Positions 19,146-29,522 are shown, counted from the first letter of the stretch. The stretch: DNA of 64,000 bases from an uncultured Acidobacteriota bacterium (GCA_963713825.1 CAVQNG010000003.1:832001-896000), one strand, 5' to 3'. Notes: generated by a model from the sequence alone, not told the origin. Translations and numbers: made by a program.

Positions 19146-20144
19146 TCAGGCCGCGCGGTCCTCCAGAATCTCGTCGAAGAAGCTCTCTACTGCCACCAGA
19201 AAGCTCTCGACGTCCGGCAAGCTGTTGATCTGTTGGCGCAGCCTCCGACCGCGGGGCAGACCGTGGGTGTACCAACCAGTGAATTTCCGGAGCTTGTGGA
19301 GAGCGACGCGCGAAGGGTCTCTCTCGGCCACCATTCTGAAGTGTCCGAGGATTAGATCTCGACGTTCCGCGATCGTGGCCTCGGGTATTTCACCCCCCGA
19401 CAGCCGTGCCGCAACCTGATGGAAGATCCACGGGTTGGTGGTCGCCGCACGACCGATCATCACACCATCACAGCCCGTCTCGCCGAGCATCCGAATGGCA
19501 TCGTCGGGCTCCTTGACGTCGCCATTGCCGATGACCGGAATCGACAGGCTCTCCTTGAGGCGGGCGATCGCTGACCAGTCTGCTCCGTCGCGGAACATCT
19601 GTTTGGCAGTGCGTCCGTGCATGGCGACAGCAGCGACGCCATTGGCCTCACAGATCTGCCCCAGCTCGAGATAGTTCTTCTCCTTGTCGTTGAGCCCCAG
19701 GCGAAACTTGACGGTCAAGGGAATCGTGAGTCTGCGACGCACCTCGGCGATCATCCGCTCGGCCAGTTGCAGATCCCCCATCAGGGCTGCGCCCGCGCAG
19801 CCTTTGAGAACTTTGTTGGCCGGGCAACCCATGTTGATGTCACAAACGTCGGCTCCCGTCTGTTCGACGAAATCAGCGGCCCGGGCCATGGTCTCCACGT
19901 CGGAGCCGTAGATCTGAATTGCGAGAGGTCGCTCTTCCTCGGAGAAGTACATCAACTCGCCGACCTGCGGGTGGCCGCCGACGATGGCTCGCGAGGAGAT
20001 GAACTCCATCGAGACCATCCCCACACCTCCGATCCGGCGGACGATGAGTCGAAAGTCCCGGTCGGTCACGCCAGCCATCGGCGCCAGAATCAGCGGCGGG
20101 TCGATCGTTACCGATCGCTTCCCGGAGCCATAGATCAATGCCAT
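19146..20144 (-). CDS. dusB: tRNA-dihydrouridine synthase B
   Basis: LAPMAGVTD, DINMGCP, HGRT, GNGDV, GVMIGR. Confidence 0.92.
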   Translation of the reverse strand: MALIYGSGKRSVTIDPPLILAPMAGVTDRDFRLIVRRIGGVGMVSMEFISSRAIVGGHPQVGELMYFSEEERPLAIQIYGSDVETMARAADFVEQTGADVCDINMGCPANKVLKGCAGAALMGDLQLAERMIAEVRRRLTIPLTVKFRLGLNDKEKNYLELGQICEANGVAAVAMHGRTAKQMFRDGADWSAIARLKESLSIPVIGNGDVKEPDDAIRMLGETGCDGVMIGRAATTNPWIFHQVAARLSGGEIPEATIAERRDLILGHFRMVAERDPSRVALHKLRKFTGWYTHGLPRGRRLRQQINSLPDVESFLVAVESFFDEILEDRAA

Positions 20145-20262
20145 GGGGTCATTCTACTTTTTCGTCTCACAAGTTCCGCGTCGAGGTGACTCCGCAGGAG
20201 CTTTGAGCCAACCGATCGACAGACGGCAGGCGCCAGGCGGTCCAAGTCGGTATCATTCCCCC

Positions 20263-20982
20263 GTGGCGTGGTACAAGGAATGGTTTGGAGCAGAGTATCT
20301 GGAGTTGTATTCGCACCGAGATCTGGGCGAGGCCCAGGTCCATGTCGATTTCGTTGAGAGGGTTCTGGGTAAGGATCCGGCGGGGGCCGTTCTGGATCTC
20401 GCTTGTGGGGCCGGCCGCCACACCGAAATCTTGAGGCAGAGAGGTTTTCGGGCGCTTGGCTTCGATCTCTCCCTGACTCTTCTCACGCAGGCGCCGCATC
20501 TGCCGAGGGTGGCAGGAGACATGTGCTGTCTCCCCTTCGCAGACAATACCTTCTCCACGGTGCTCAACTTCTTTACCTCCTTCGGGTACTTCGAGAGTGA
20601 GGAAGAGAACTTCCGAGTGCTCGAGGAGATCGCCCGGATTCTCGAGCCCGGAGGTGGATTTCTAGTCGATCTGTTCAACCGCGAACAGGTCGTAGGCAAC
20701 CTCGTGGAACGAGAGCACAGGACGCTGCAGGGCTATGACGCCGAGATCCAGCGTTGGTTCGATGCGTCGACGCAGAGGGTCAACAAGCGGATTCGTGTTC
20801 ACTCGCCCAATCGCCCCGTACAGACCTTTGTGGAGAGCGTGCGAGCCTACGAGCGGGATGAAGTGCTGAGCGGCCTGGAACAAGCCGGGTTGCAGGTCAC
20901 GGCACTGTACGGTGGCTTCCAGGGAGGGGACTTCAACAGTGACAGCGAGCGACTCATTCTTGTCGGCTCGAAGCCAGCGTGA
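20263..20982 (+). CDS. Class I SAM methyltransferase, candidate bacillithiol N-methyltransferase
   Basis: LDLACGAGRH, FTSFGYF; first gene of the bsh operon. Confidence 0.8.
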   Translation: MAWYKEWFGAEYLELYSHRDLGEAQVHVDFVERVLGKDPAGAVLDLACGAGRHTEILRQRGFRALGFDLSLTLLTQAPHLPRVAGDMCCLPFADNTFSTVLNFFTSFGYFESEEENFRVLEEIARILEPGGGFLVDLFNREQVVGNLVEREHRTLQGYDAEIQRWFDASTQRVNKRIRVHSPNRPVQTFVESVRAYERDEVLSGLEQAGLQVTALYGGFQGGDFNSDSERLILVGSKPA

Positions 20983-20986
20983 AACC

Positions 20987-22579
20987 ATGACGGTCAATCT
21001 CATCGACAACAACCTGTTGCCGCCCCTGGCGAGTGCGTTTCTAGAAGGCACCGGGACCGAATTGCTCGCGCCGGTGCGATTTCAAGCACCGGGCGCCCCG
21101 CCACCCACAGATTCTGCTCTGGTTGGCGATCGGCGAGAGCTAAGCAAGGGCCTGACCGTTGCCAACAGCGGCTACGCTCACCCTGCGGCGGAAGAGCTGG
21201 GCAGGAAGCTGGCCGACCCGGCGACGCTCGTGGTGATCACCGGGCAGCAGCCGGGGCTGTTTGGCGGACCGCTCTACGGCCTTTCGAAGGCTGTTGCCGC
21301 CGTGCGCTGGGCCGAGCGACTGGAGCGCGACGGTCAGCCAGCCGTGGCGCTGTTCTGGATCGCAACCGAGGATCACGACTTCAAGGAGTCTTCCCGGGCC
21401 GCCTTCTTCACTCCGGCCGGGCCACGAGCCTTTGACCTTGGCGCAGACCTCGCACCGCTGCGACCAATGGGGCTTCGTCAACTGGGGCCCGAGGTCGACA
21501 GGGTCCTGGCGGAGTTGCGCGAGGCCATCCCGGGCGAGCAGTTCGCTGGCTGGATCGAGGAACTGGGTCAGTGGTACCAGCCGGAGAACGACTTTGGGAG
21601 TGCGTTTGCCGGGTTGATGGTTCATCTACTCGGGGAGCGCGCTCCTCTGCTGGTCGACTCCCTGCTGCCCGAGCTCAAGCAGGCCCAGGCGCCGTGGATG
21701 AAGCGCCTGGTGGTCGAGCGTCACCGGGTCGCAGAGACTGCCGCCGAGCGGGACAGTGCCATTGAAACCGCCGGCTTCTCCCTTCAGGTACGACCCCAGC
21801 CAGGTGCCAGCCCCCTGTTCCTGTTGCACGAGGGCGAGCGTCGGCGAATCGAGTGGTTGGGAGAGGATCGATTGAAGCTGCGTGGCACTCCAGAGGTTGT
21901 GCGGGATGTCGATTGGCTGTTGGAGACCCTCGAGCAAGAGCCCGAGATCGTGAGCCCGGGGGTTCTGGCCCGTTCGGCGATCCAGGACGCGGTGTTTGGC
22001 ACCGGGTTGCAGGTCCTGGGTCCAGGCGAACTGGCGTACCTCCCGCAGGTTGCGCCTCTGTACTCTCTGCTCGAGATCGGACCCCCTGCGATTGCGCTTC
22101 GTCCCCAGGCGCTAGTTCTCGAGGAGCATGTTGCGAAGAAGATGGAGGCTGCGGGGCTGACTCTGTCGGAGTTGGCGGATCCGGATCTGGAGATCGATGA
22201 CCATCTCGCGGGTAGCGCCGGGGAAGAGTTTCTCGATCCTGCGAGAAGACAGCTCGAGGCTCTATTGGCCGGCCTGGAGGCGCCCGCCTTGGAGTTGGAT
22301 CCCGGCCTTGCCGGCCCCTGGCGCAAGACGGGAGAGCAGATGAAGCGAGCCCTGGACTCGTTCAGCGGCAGGATCAAAGGGGCCTCGGCGAGACGGGATC
22401 AGATGGCACGGCAGCGCCTCGAGACGCTGCGCGACACAGTTCGGCCGATGAATCAACTGCAGGAGCGTGTCATTTCCACAGCCCACTACCCGGGCAAGTA
22501 TGGCAGGGGCTTCTCGGAGGCAATGCTCGAGCAGCTCGACGAGCAGGACCCCATAACCCTACAGGTCGTTCGTCCGTAA
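20987..22579 (+). CDS. bshC: Bacillithiol biosynthesis protein BshC
   Basis: TGQQPGLFGGPLY, FWIATEDHDF, GPGELAY, LQER. Confidence 0.92.
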   Translation: MTVNLIDNNLLPPLASAFLEGTGTELLAPVRFQAPGAPPPTDSALVGDRRELSKGLTVANSGYAHPAAEELGRKLADPATLVVITGQQPGLFGGPLYGLSKAVAAVRWAERLERDGQPAVALFWIATEDHDFKESSRAAFFTPAGPRAFDLGADLAPLRPMGLRQLGPEVDRVLAELREAIPGEQFAGWIEELGQWYQPENDFGSAFAGLMVHLLGERAPLLVDSLLPELKQAQAPWMKRLVVERHRVAETAAERDSAIETAGFSLQVRPQPGASPLFLLHEGERRRIEWLGEDRLKLRGTPEVVRDVDWLLETLEQEPEIVSPGVLARSAIQDAVFGTGLQVLGPGELAYLPQVAPLYSLLEIGPPAIALRPQALVLEEHVAKKMEAAGLTLSELADPDLEIDDHLAGSAGEEFLDPARRQLEALLAGLEAPALELDPGLAGPWRKTGEQMKRALDSFSGRIKGASARRDQMARQRLETLRDTVRPMNQLQERVISTAHYPGKYGRGFSEAMLEQLDEQDPITLQVVRP

Positions 22580-22617
22580 GAGGTGCGGATCATGATCTCT
22601 TGTTCTGGGAGTAAAGG

Positions 22618-23337
22618 ATGAAGCTGGATGTCTTGGCAGTCGGTTCCCACCCTGACGATGTCGAGTTGGGCTGTGGCGGTACGGTGGCTCTGCTGGCGGC
22701 GCGGGGTTTGAAGGTGGGAATCGTCCACCTGACCCGCGGCGAGGCGGGGACGCGGGGTACGGTCGAAGAACGTTGCGCCGAGGCGGCAGTCGCGGCGGCG
22801 GCTTTGCAGGCGCAAGAGTTGGTGTTTCTGGATTGCGGTGACGGCTCCCTGCGCACCGGTCCCGAAGAGGAAGACGCTTTGATCCAGGCGTTGCGTCGCT
22901 ACCGACCCGATCTGGTTTTCGGCCCGAGCCCCTCCGATCGCCACCCCGATCATGGGAGGGCGCATCGTCTTCTGGCTGCGGCGAGCTACTATGCCGGTCT
23001 CGCGAGTCGGGGGACATCCGAGCCTCATCGGCCGGCCGCCGTGTTCTCCTACATGCAACACGACACCTTCGAGCCCAGCTTCATCGTCGACGTGACTTCT
23101 ACCTGGCAGACCAAGCTGCAAGCGCTGGAGGCCTACTCGAGCCAACTGCATCAGCCCGGAAGCAGCCGCGACGAGCCACTCACCAAGGTCGCTTCGCCGG
23201 AGTTCAGGGCAGCCGTCGTGGGGCGCGCGCAGCACTACGGCCTGGCCGTTGGCGCCGCCTACGGGGAGCCCTTTTGGAGTCGGCTACCCCTGGCCGTGGC
23301 CGACCCTTGGACGCTGGTGCCGGGAGGTCTGCGTTGA
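22618..23337 (+). CDS. bshB1: GlcNAc-malate deacetylase BshB1
   Basis: HPDDVELGCGG, LTRGEAGTRG, DRHPDH. Confidence 0.92.
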   Translation: MKLDVLAVGSHPDDVELGCGGTVALLAARGLKVGIVHLTRGEAGTRGTVEERCAEAAVAAAALQAQELVFLDCGDGSLRTGPEEEDALIQALRRYRPDLVFGPSPSDRHPDHGRAHRLLAAASYYAGLASRGTSEPHRPAAVFSYMQHDTFEPSFIVDVTSTWQTKLQALEAYSSQLHQPGSSRDEPLTKVASPEFRAAVVGRAQHYGLAVGAAYGEPFWSRLPLAVADPWTLVPGGLR

Positions 23338-24455
23338 GGATCGGCATCAGCTGCTATCCGACCTTTGGTGGTTCGGGCATTGTCGCCACCGAACTGGCGA
23401 TGGCCCTGGCGGCGGGCGGTGACGAGGTGCACGTCATCAGCTACGCCCTGCCGTCGCGCCTGTCGTTCATCAATGCCAATCTGTTCTACCACGAGGTCGT
23501 GGTGCCCCACTATCCGCTCTTCGAGTATCCGCCCTACTCGCTGGCGTTGGCCACGCAGATTGTCGAAGTGGCGCGACATCAACGGCTCGATGTGATTCAC
23601 GTCCACTACGCGGTGCCCAACGCGGTCTCAGCGGTACTGGCGCGGGAGATCCTCGAGCCTCAGCCGTTGAAGGTGGTCACCACGCTGCACGGAACGGATA
23701 TCACCCTGGTAGGCAACGACCCCAACTATCTGGAGACCACGCGGTTTGGAATCGTCAAGAGCGATGCGGTGACAGCGGTCTCCCAGGCGTTGCGCGAGGC
23801 GACCCAGAAGCAGTTGGGAATCACGAATCACATCGAGGTGGTTCCCAACTTCATCGACCCGACGCGATATGAAAAGGCACGATCTCATCCGGGAGCCCTC
23901 CGATGGAGCCAGGAAGGAGAGAAGGTCCTGGTTCACATCTCCAACTTTCGCCCCGTGAAGCGGGTCTTCGACGTGGTGGAGATCTTCCACCAGGTGCGCC
24001 GCAAAATGCCGGCGCGGCTCCTGCTGATCGGCGATGGCCCCGACCGACCCAAGATCGAGCAGCACTGTCGTGAGTGCGGCATCTGCGATTCGATCACCTT
24101 TATCGGCAACCTGCCTTTGGTGGAAGAGGTTCTGGTGGGAGCGGACCTGTTTCTATTGCCGTCCGAGACAGAGTCCTTTGGTCTGGCCGCGCTGGAAGCC
24201 CTGGCGTGCGAAGTACCGGTGATTGCCACCGAGGTGGGTGGACTGCCGGAGGTCGTGCGCGAAGGAGAGAACGGTTTTCTACTGCCAGTTGGTGACATCG
24301 ACGGCATGGCGGCGGCTGCCCTGACGCTCTTGGAAGACGACGAGATGCGGCAGCGCTTTGGTAAGGCCGGTCGGCGGTGGGCTGTGGAGCGCTTCGACGA
24401 GGCTTCGGTCGTCCGGCAGTATCGGCGGATCTATCACAGGGTTCTCGAGGACTAG
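23334..24455 (+). CDS. bshA: GlcNAc-malate synthase BshA
   Basis: CYPTFGGSG, HVHYAVP, TLHGTDIT, SNFRPVKR, ESFGLAALEA; TTG start. Confidence 0.95.
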   Translation: MRIGISCYPTFGGSGIVATELAMALAAGGDEVHVISYALPSRLSFINANLFYHEVVVPHYPLFEYPPYSLALATQIVEVARHQRLDVIHVHYAVPNAVSAVLAREILEPQPLKVVTTLHGTDITLVGNDPNYLETTRFGIVKSDAVTAVSQALREATQKQLGITNHIEVVPNFIDPTRYEKARSHPGALRWSQEGEKVLVHISNFRPVKRVFDVVEIFHQVRRKMPARLLLIGDGPDRPKIEQHCRECGICDSITFIGNLPLVEEVLVGADLFLLPSETESFGLAALEALACEVPVIATEVGGLPEVVREGENGFLLPVGDIDGMAAAALTLLEDDEMRQRFGKAGRRWAVERFDEASVVRQYRRIYHRVLED

Positions 24456-24460
24456 GTCGC

Positions 24461-25072
24461 GTGGCGCCTCCCGGGGAGCCCTATCTGGCGCCGGCCGGGA
24501 CCGCTCGTGCCGAGCTGCGGGAAAAAGGCTCACGGTTCCTGGCGCTGGTCGAACCGGTCGAGGACGAGTCGGTGGCTCGCGAACGGCTGAAGAGCCTCGC
24601 CATTGAATACTCGGACTCGACACATGTTTGCTGGGCCTGGCGAATCGGCCAACCACCCAGCGAAAGGTTCTCTGATGCTGGCGAGCCCGCTGGAACCGCT
24701 GGCACTCCGATGCTACAAGTCTTGCGTGGCGCGAAGCTCTCGGACCTCATGGCGGTTGTGGTGCGCTGGTACGGAGGTGTGAAGCTGGGCAAGGGTGGCT
24801 TGGCGAGGGCCTACTCGCAAGTAGTTCAGGAGGCCCTCGAAGAGCTGCCGACGGAGGAGCGCGTGCCCACGGTCTTGGTGGAGATCGTCGTTCCCTACAC
24901 CCGGTTCGGGGATCTCAAGCGGTTGGTTCATCCTCCCGAGGTCGAGATCGTCGATGAGCGCTACGCGGACGAGAGCGTTCGGTTGACGCTCGAGGTCGCC
25001 GTCGGTCGACAGGCGTGGCTTCGGGAGGCCCTGGCGAGCCTCGGCGCCGAACCGACAGGCCCTGGCGGGTAG
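24461..25072 (+). CDS. YigZ/IMPACT-family protein
   Basis: KGSRF, THVCWAW, DAGEPAGTAG, RWYGGVKLG. Confidence 0.9.
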   Translation: MAPPGEPYLAPAGTARAELREKGSRFLALVEPVEDESVARERLKSLAIEYSDSTHVCWAWRIGQPPSERFSDAGEPAGTAGTPMLQVLRGAKLSDLMAVVVRWYGGVKLGKGGLARAYSQVVQEALEELPTEERVPTVLVEIVVPYTRFGDLKRLVHPPEVEIVDERYADESVRLTLEVAVGRQAWLREALASLGAEPTGPGG

Positions 25073-25200
25073 AGCGTCTGGGCTGTAGACTTCACCTACG
25101 TTCCGTCAAGCGCCCGGTAGGGGCTTCGATCACACTGGGCGAACCGTCGAACACGAGGTGACCTCGTGTCACCGGACCAGGACGCCAAGGAGGCAGCGCG

Positions 25201-25602
25201 ATGAGTGATCAAGAGACCCCGCAAAGTGAAGCACCGCAGGAGGAAACCCCAACCCCAACACCTCCGGCACCGACCGCGGACGCCTCGGAGTCGACGAACC
25301 GGGGATTGATGATCATCCTCTCTTACCTGTGGATCTTGGCGCTGATCCCCCTGTTGGTCGAGAAGGACGACAAAGAGATTCAGTGGCACGCCAAGAACGG
25401 TCTGGTCCTGACTATCGCCGAAGTCATTCTGCAGCTTCTCGTCAACGCCATTGCCGTCACTGGTATCGGCTGCGTCTTCGCGATCTTCATCCCGTTGATC
25501 TTCCTCGGCTTCACCGTCATCCGCGTCATCGCGATCTTCAAGGGCCTCAACGGCGAGCGGTTCATCGTGCCCGGGCTCAGCCAGTACGTGGACAAGTTCT
25601 AG
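25201..25602 (+). CDS. DUF4870-like membrane protein
   Basis: ILSYL..LIPLL..WHAKNG; 3 TMs; AAGGAGG RBS. Confidence 0.75.
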   Translation: MSDQETPQSEAPQEETPTPTPPAPTADASESTNRGLMIILSYLWILALIPLLVEKDDKEIQWHAKNGLVLTIAEVILQLLVNAIAVTGIGCVFAIFIPLIFLGFTVIRVIAIFKGLNGERFIVPGLSQYVDKF

Positions 25603-25645
25603 GCAGGGTCGTTATCTTGAAAGATCTCGAACGAGGATCGATCGC

Positions 25646-26362
25646 ATGAATGAACCGATCAGCACGACCGCCACACCACCTCCGGAACCTCCCGCCGGTG
25701 ACAACGAGCGCCAGGGCAACCCCTGGGAACGACGCGACGAATTGGGGGTCAGCCAGGGTTTCCTGGAAGCTCTGAAGCTGTTTGTCGTGTCACCCGTCGA
25801 AGCGTTCAACCAGACCCGACGCCAGGGCGACTACGGTAGCCCCCTGCTGTTCGCCGTTGTCCTCGGGTGGGCCGGTGTCCTGATCGCCAAAGTCTGGGAG
25901 ACCCTTTTCGGCATGTCGGTCCTGTCCGCCTTCCCGCCAGAAGTGCGTGACCAGCTCCCCTTCTTGGTTGGTGGTTCGACGTTCGGCTTGGTTCTCAGTC
26001 TTGTCTTGGCTCCGATCTACATTCTCGTGGCGCTGTTCATCTGGAGCGCCTTGCTCCATCTGTGTCTGGTTCTGGTCGGAGGGCTGAAGGATTCGACGGC
26101 GGGCTTCGAGGGTACGTTCCGCGTGGTGTCGTACGCGACGGTGGCGCAATTGGGCAGCCTGGTGCCGATCTTCGGTAGCCTCATCACCCTTGTCTGGACC
26201 GTCGTGCTGGGAGTTGTCGGCATCACCAGCCTGCACAAGAGCTCTCAGGGCCAGGCTGTCGCCGCGCTCCTCATACCGTTGGTGCTCTGTTGTCTGTGCA
26301 TCTTCTTCTTTTTGATGACGATCGGTGCCGGACTCATGGCGGCGTTCGCAACGCAGAGTTGA
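25646..26362 (+). CDS. Yip1-family membrane protein
   Basis: PWERR, FEGTFRVVSY; 5 TMs. Confidence 0.75.
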   Translation: MNEPISTTATPPPEPPAGDNERQGNPWERRDELGVSQGFLEALKLFVVSPVEAFNQTRRQGDYGSPLLFAVVLGWAGVLIAKVWETLFGMSVLSAFPPEVRDQLPFLVGGSTFGLVLSLVLAPIYILVALFIWSALLHLCLVLVGGLKDSTAGFEGTFRVVSYATVAQLGSLVPIFGSLITLVWTVVLGVVGITSLHKSSQGQAVAALLIPLVLCCLCIFFFLMTIGAGLMAAFATQS

Positions 26363-26377
26363 GATCACGGAGCGTAG

Positions 26378-26827
26378 GTGGCTTTGCCGAAGAGGGAAAC
26401 CGGCGCGAAGGTCTTGTCGGGAGACGGTTTCGCTTCTGTCTCTGAGACCAGTCAACGGCAACTGGGATTGTTGTGGGGGACGGTGGTGGTGGTGCTGTTG
26501 GCGCTGGTGCCCTACGCAAGGCAGCTCGCCGGATCCCTGCCGGTCTGCACCTTCAAGGCGATCGTCGGCATTCCCTGTCCGACCTGCGGAATCACTCGCA
26601 CAGTTCTGGCTCTTGCCGATCTGGAGTTCTCGACGGCCTTGCGAACCAACCCCCTGGGAGCCGTCCTTCTGACAGCATTCTTGGCAGGGGGGCTGGTCGC
26701 AGGGGTGTCCGCGATCCGGGGCAGGCCGCTGAAGGAGCCGCGCTGGAGTCTGCGACCCATCGAGAGACTCGGTCTCGCAGCCGTGATCGTCGCGAACTGG
26801 GCCTATCTCATCTCGAGGGGCGTCTAG
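26378..26827 (+). CDS. DUF2752-like membrane protein
   Basis: CTFK..GIPCPTCGITR...NPL. Confidence 0.8.
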   Translation: MALPKRETGAKVLSGDGFASVSETSQRQLGLLWGTVVVVLLALVPYARQLAGSLPVCTFKAIVGIPCPTCGITRTVLALADLEFSTALRTNPLGAVLLTAFLAGGLVAGVSAIRGRPLKEPRWSLRPIERLGLAAVIVANWAYLISRGV

Positions 26828-26848
26828 AGCCTGCCGCGCGAGGGTCCC

Positions 26849-27211
26849 TTGCAGAGCTCCTCGTCGAAGCAGCGCATCGAGGTCGACGACCGATCAAGCC
26901 GCAACAAGAGACGGCGAATCAAGGCGGTCATCCTGGTCACCCTGCTTCTGATACTGGGCTGGGACCTCTCCCGAGAACCGGCGAAACAGGGGGCGGCCTG
27001 GCTGATGCTTCGAGGCATCAACCTCTATCAAGCCCGAGTCTCGACAGGGCTGTCCAGGGCCGGCGTTCGGTGCCGCTTCGAGCCGACATGCAGCCACTAT
27101 GCAGTCGCCTCGATCGAGAAGTATGGTGCCGTGCGGGGTGGTTGGCGCAGCGCTCGGCGCCTCGCCCGGTGTGGGCCATGGACCGCCGCCGGAACCGTGG
27201 ACCCACCATGA
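26849..27211 (+). CDS. Second YidD-family protein with an N-terminal hydrophobic segment
   Basis: YQ..S, CRFEPTCSHYA, RLARCGPW..GTVDPP. Confidence 0.82.
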   Translation: MQSSSSKQRIEVDDRSSRNKRRRIKAVILVTLLLILGWDLSREPAKQGAAWLMLRGINLYQARVSTGLSRAGVRCRFEPTCSHYAVASIEKYGAVRGGWRSARRLARCGPWTAAGTVDPP

Positions 27212-27406
27212 GGTAGCGGGACCGAGGGGCCATGCGTGGCGTGGGTCGAGTAGCGGCCGGCCGTGTATCGAAGATATCAGGACCCGGGACCCAAGCCCCA
27301 GGACGGGCGGGTGGGTAGGTGAGGGAGGATGTCGACCCTGCCCTACCACGTGGCTGACGCTGGTGCTAGCATACGCCGCGCCCGAAGCAACCCGGCACAA
27401 GCAGTC

Positions 27407-27736
27407 ATGCAAAGCCCTCACCCCACAGAGATCCGGCGACAGCCCGAACCGCGAACGTTGCGGATGCTGTGGAGCGACGGCCATGAGTCTGAGTACGAGT
27501 ACGACTATCTTCGGGGCTACTGTCCGTGTGCGGGTTGCCAGGGACACGGGGCTCACGAGATCGAGTTCCAACCCCCCGAGAACCCGGTGGAACCCCTGAC
27601 GATCCGCCCGGTCGGCAACTACGCCATCTCGTTTCACTGGTCGGACGCCCACTCCACCGGCATCTACCGCTTCGATTTCCTGCGCAGCATCTGTCCCTGT
27701 GACGCCTGTCGTGCCGAACGGGGAGACGATGCTTGA
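27407..27736 (+). CDS. DUF971/GBBH-N-like protein
   Basis: WSDGH, LRGYCPCAGC, VGNYA, WSDAHSTGIY. Confidence 0.85.
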   Translation: MQSPHPTEIRRQPEPRTLRMLWSDGHESEYEYDYLRGYCPCAGCQGHGAHEIEFQPPENPVEPLTIRPVGNYAISFHWSDAHSTGIYRFDFLRSICPCDACRAERGDDA

Positions 27737-27754
27737 GCGGCTGGTGGATAGGCA

Positions 27755-28345
27755 ATGAAAGGAGCAGCAATGCGAGCCATGCTTTTTTGTTTGTTGGGAG
27801 TTGTCGGTCTAACCCAGATCGCCCGAGGCGAGAATGGTGGAGAAGCACCGCGGGTGGTGCTGGAGACGAACCACGGCAACATCATCCTGGAGCTCTATCC
27901 CGACAAAGCGCCCCAGTCGGTCGAGAACTTCCTCGCCTATGTGGATGAGGGCTATTACGCCGGAACCATCTTTCACCGGGTGATCGACGGGTTCATGATT
28001 CAGGGTGGCGGTTTCACCGACGACATGATGAAGAAGCCCACCAGGAACGGTGTACCGAACGAGGCGGACAACGGCCTCAAGAACTCACGCGGCACGGTCG
28101 CCATGGCCCGCACCAACGATCCCCACAGCGCTACCTCCCAGTTCTTCGTCAACACGGTCGACAATGCCCCTCTGGACCATACGGACAAGACGCCTCGGGG
28201 ATGGGGCTACACGGTCTTCGGCCACATCGTCGACGGCATGGATGTCGTCGATGCCATCGCCAAGGTTCCGACAACCACGGTCGGTCCTTTTCGCGATGTC
28301 CCTGGCGAGACGGTCGTCATCCTCTCGGCCAAGCGAGCGGAATAG
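27755..28345 (+). CDS. ppiA: Exported cyclophilin-type PPIase
   Basis: [26 protein letters not shown]; signal peptide. Confidence 0.92.
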   Translation: MKGAAMRAMLFCLLGVVGLTQIARGENGGEAPRVVLETNHGNIILELYPDKAPQSVENFLAYVDEGYYAGTIFHRVIDGFMIQGGGFTDDMMKKPTRNGVPNEADNGLKNSRGTVAMARTNDPHSATSQFFVNTVDNAPLDHTDKTPRGWGYTVFGHIVDGMDVVDAIAKVPTTTVGPFRDVPGETVVILSAKRAE

Positions 28346-28373
28346 CACCCCAGAGGCTGCGGAGCAGCCACGG

Positions 28374-28934
28374 CTACTTCTTGGTCTTTTGGCGGATGAG
28401 ATCCAGGCAGGCCCAGAGGCTATCCAGCTGGTCCCTGCCGTGGGGCAGGGTGAGGGCTCGCCAGACGTCGCGGATTGCCGACAACAGATCGTTGTAGTCC
28501 ACGGGCAGGTCGCGTTCGATGATGCGGCGCAAGGCGACGAACAGATCGCTGGTCGTCCACAGCGCGGGCTGTTTCCCCGCCAGCTCCTGCCAACCAACAC
28601 GCAACGCCGCCACCTGTCCTCGGGCCGACGCGGAGGCGACTTCGAGCGCCAACAACCGAGCGACTTCTGGGTAGGAGTCGAAGACCCCTTGGTCCGGCAG
28701 CGTGCGGTCACCGATCACCTGCCAGTGTTGGGGTAGGAGCTCTTCCTTGCGAATCTGCATCATGAGGGCGTCGAAGCGCGCCACGGGCAGCCCGGAGAAA
28801 AGAGTGCCGAGAGAGGGCAGGTCGTCGCCCTTCGCCCACTGGGCGATTTCGGCTTGAGAGGGAAGGACTCGGGGTGCGTCGGCCGGCGCATCAGCCGGCG
28901 GTGACGGGCTGTCGCTGGCGGTGCTGTCGGTCAT
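28374..28934 (-). CDS. Hypothetical helical protein
   Basis: 186-aa ORF filling the gap between ppiA and tRNA-Leu; no motif recognised. Confidence 0.55.
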   Translation of the reverse strand: MTDSTASDSPSPPADAPADAPRVLPSQAEIAQWAKGDDLPSLGTLFSGLPVARFDALMMQIRKEELLPQHWQVIGDRTLPDQGVFDSYPEVARLLALEVASASARGQVAALRVGWQELAGKQPALWTTSDLFVALRRIIERDLPVDYNDLLSAIRDVWRALTLPHGRDQLDSLWACLDLIRQKTKK

Positions 28935-28945
28935 GATGAAAGGGA

Positions 28946-29030
28946 TGGTGCCGAAGGCCGGACTCGAACCGGCACGGGTCGCCCCACACGCCCCTCAAGC
29001 GTGCGCGTCTACCAATTCCGCCACTTCGGC
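28946..29030 (-). tRNA. tRNA-Leu(GAG)
   Basis: GCCGAAGTGGCGGAATTGGTAGACGCG..CACGC TT GAG GG GCGTG..GGTTCGAGTCC..CACCA; long variable arm; downstream of secG. Confidence 0.97.
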
Positions 29031-29102
29031 GCAGTCAGGGATTCTAACAAGATCTTGGGACCACCGCGGATGTCTCTTGTCGGGCAGGAAGACCGAGGAG
29101 TC

Positions 29103-29522
29103 CTACTGCTCGTCGGGCGGCGGGGCCTCCTCGGAAAGAGCTTCTTCTTCCACGGCGATGGCCTCCGCCTCTTCGGCGGCTGTCTCTATGACCGCCTCCT
29201 CGACCGCTTCTTCGACTGCCATACCGGCATCCGTGGTCGGTACTGGAACCGGCTCCGCAGCCTCCTCCACTGTACTCATGACGGAGCTCTGACTGCTGCC
29301 GGTTTGCAGAAAGCCGATGGCCATGGTGGTGAGGATGAAGCCGACAAAGCCCGCCACGGTCATCTTGTGCAGTATGGTGGCGGCGCCGCGCGCTCCGAAG
29401 GCGGCCTGCGTACTGCCACCTCCGAAGACCGAAAGATCCGCACCCTTGCCCTGTTGAAGAAGGACGACGAGGATCAGAAACAGACAAATGACGACGTGAA
29501 TCGTATAGAGAACGTAGATCAC
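29103..29522 (-). CDS. secG: Preprotein translocase SecG
   Basis: VLLQQGKGADL..FGGG; acidic tail. Confidence 0.94.
   Translation of the reverse strand: MIYVLYTIHVVICLFLILVVLLQQGKGADLSVFGGGSTQAAFGARGAATILHKMTVAGFVGFILTTMAIGFLQTGSSQSSVMSTVEEAAEPVPVPTTDAGMAVEEAVEEAVIETAAEEAEAIAVEEEALSEEAPPPDEQ

Noticed and set aside
28374-28945. Genomic island at tRNA-Leu
   Set aside because: No integrase, direct repeat or obvious compositional shift
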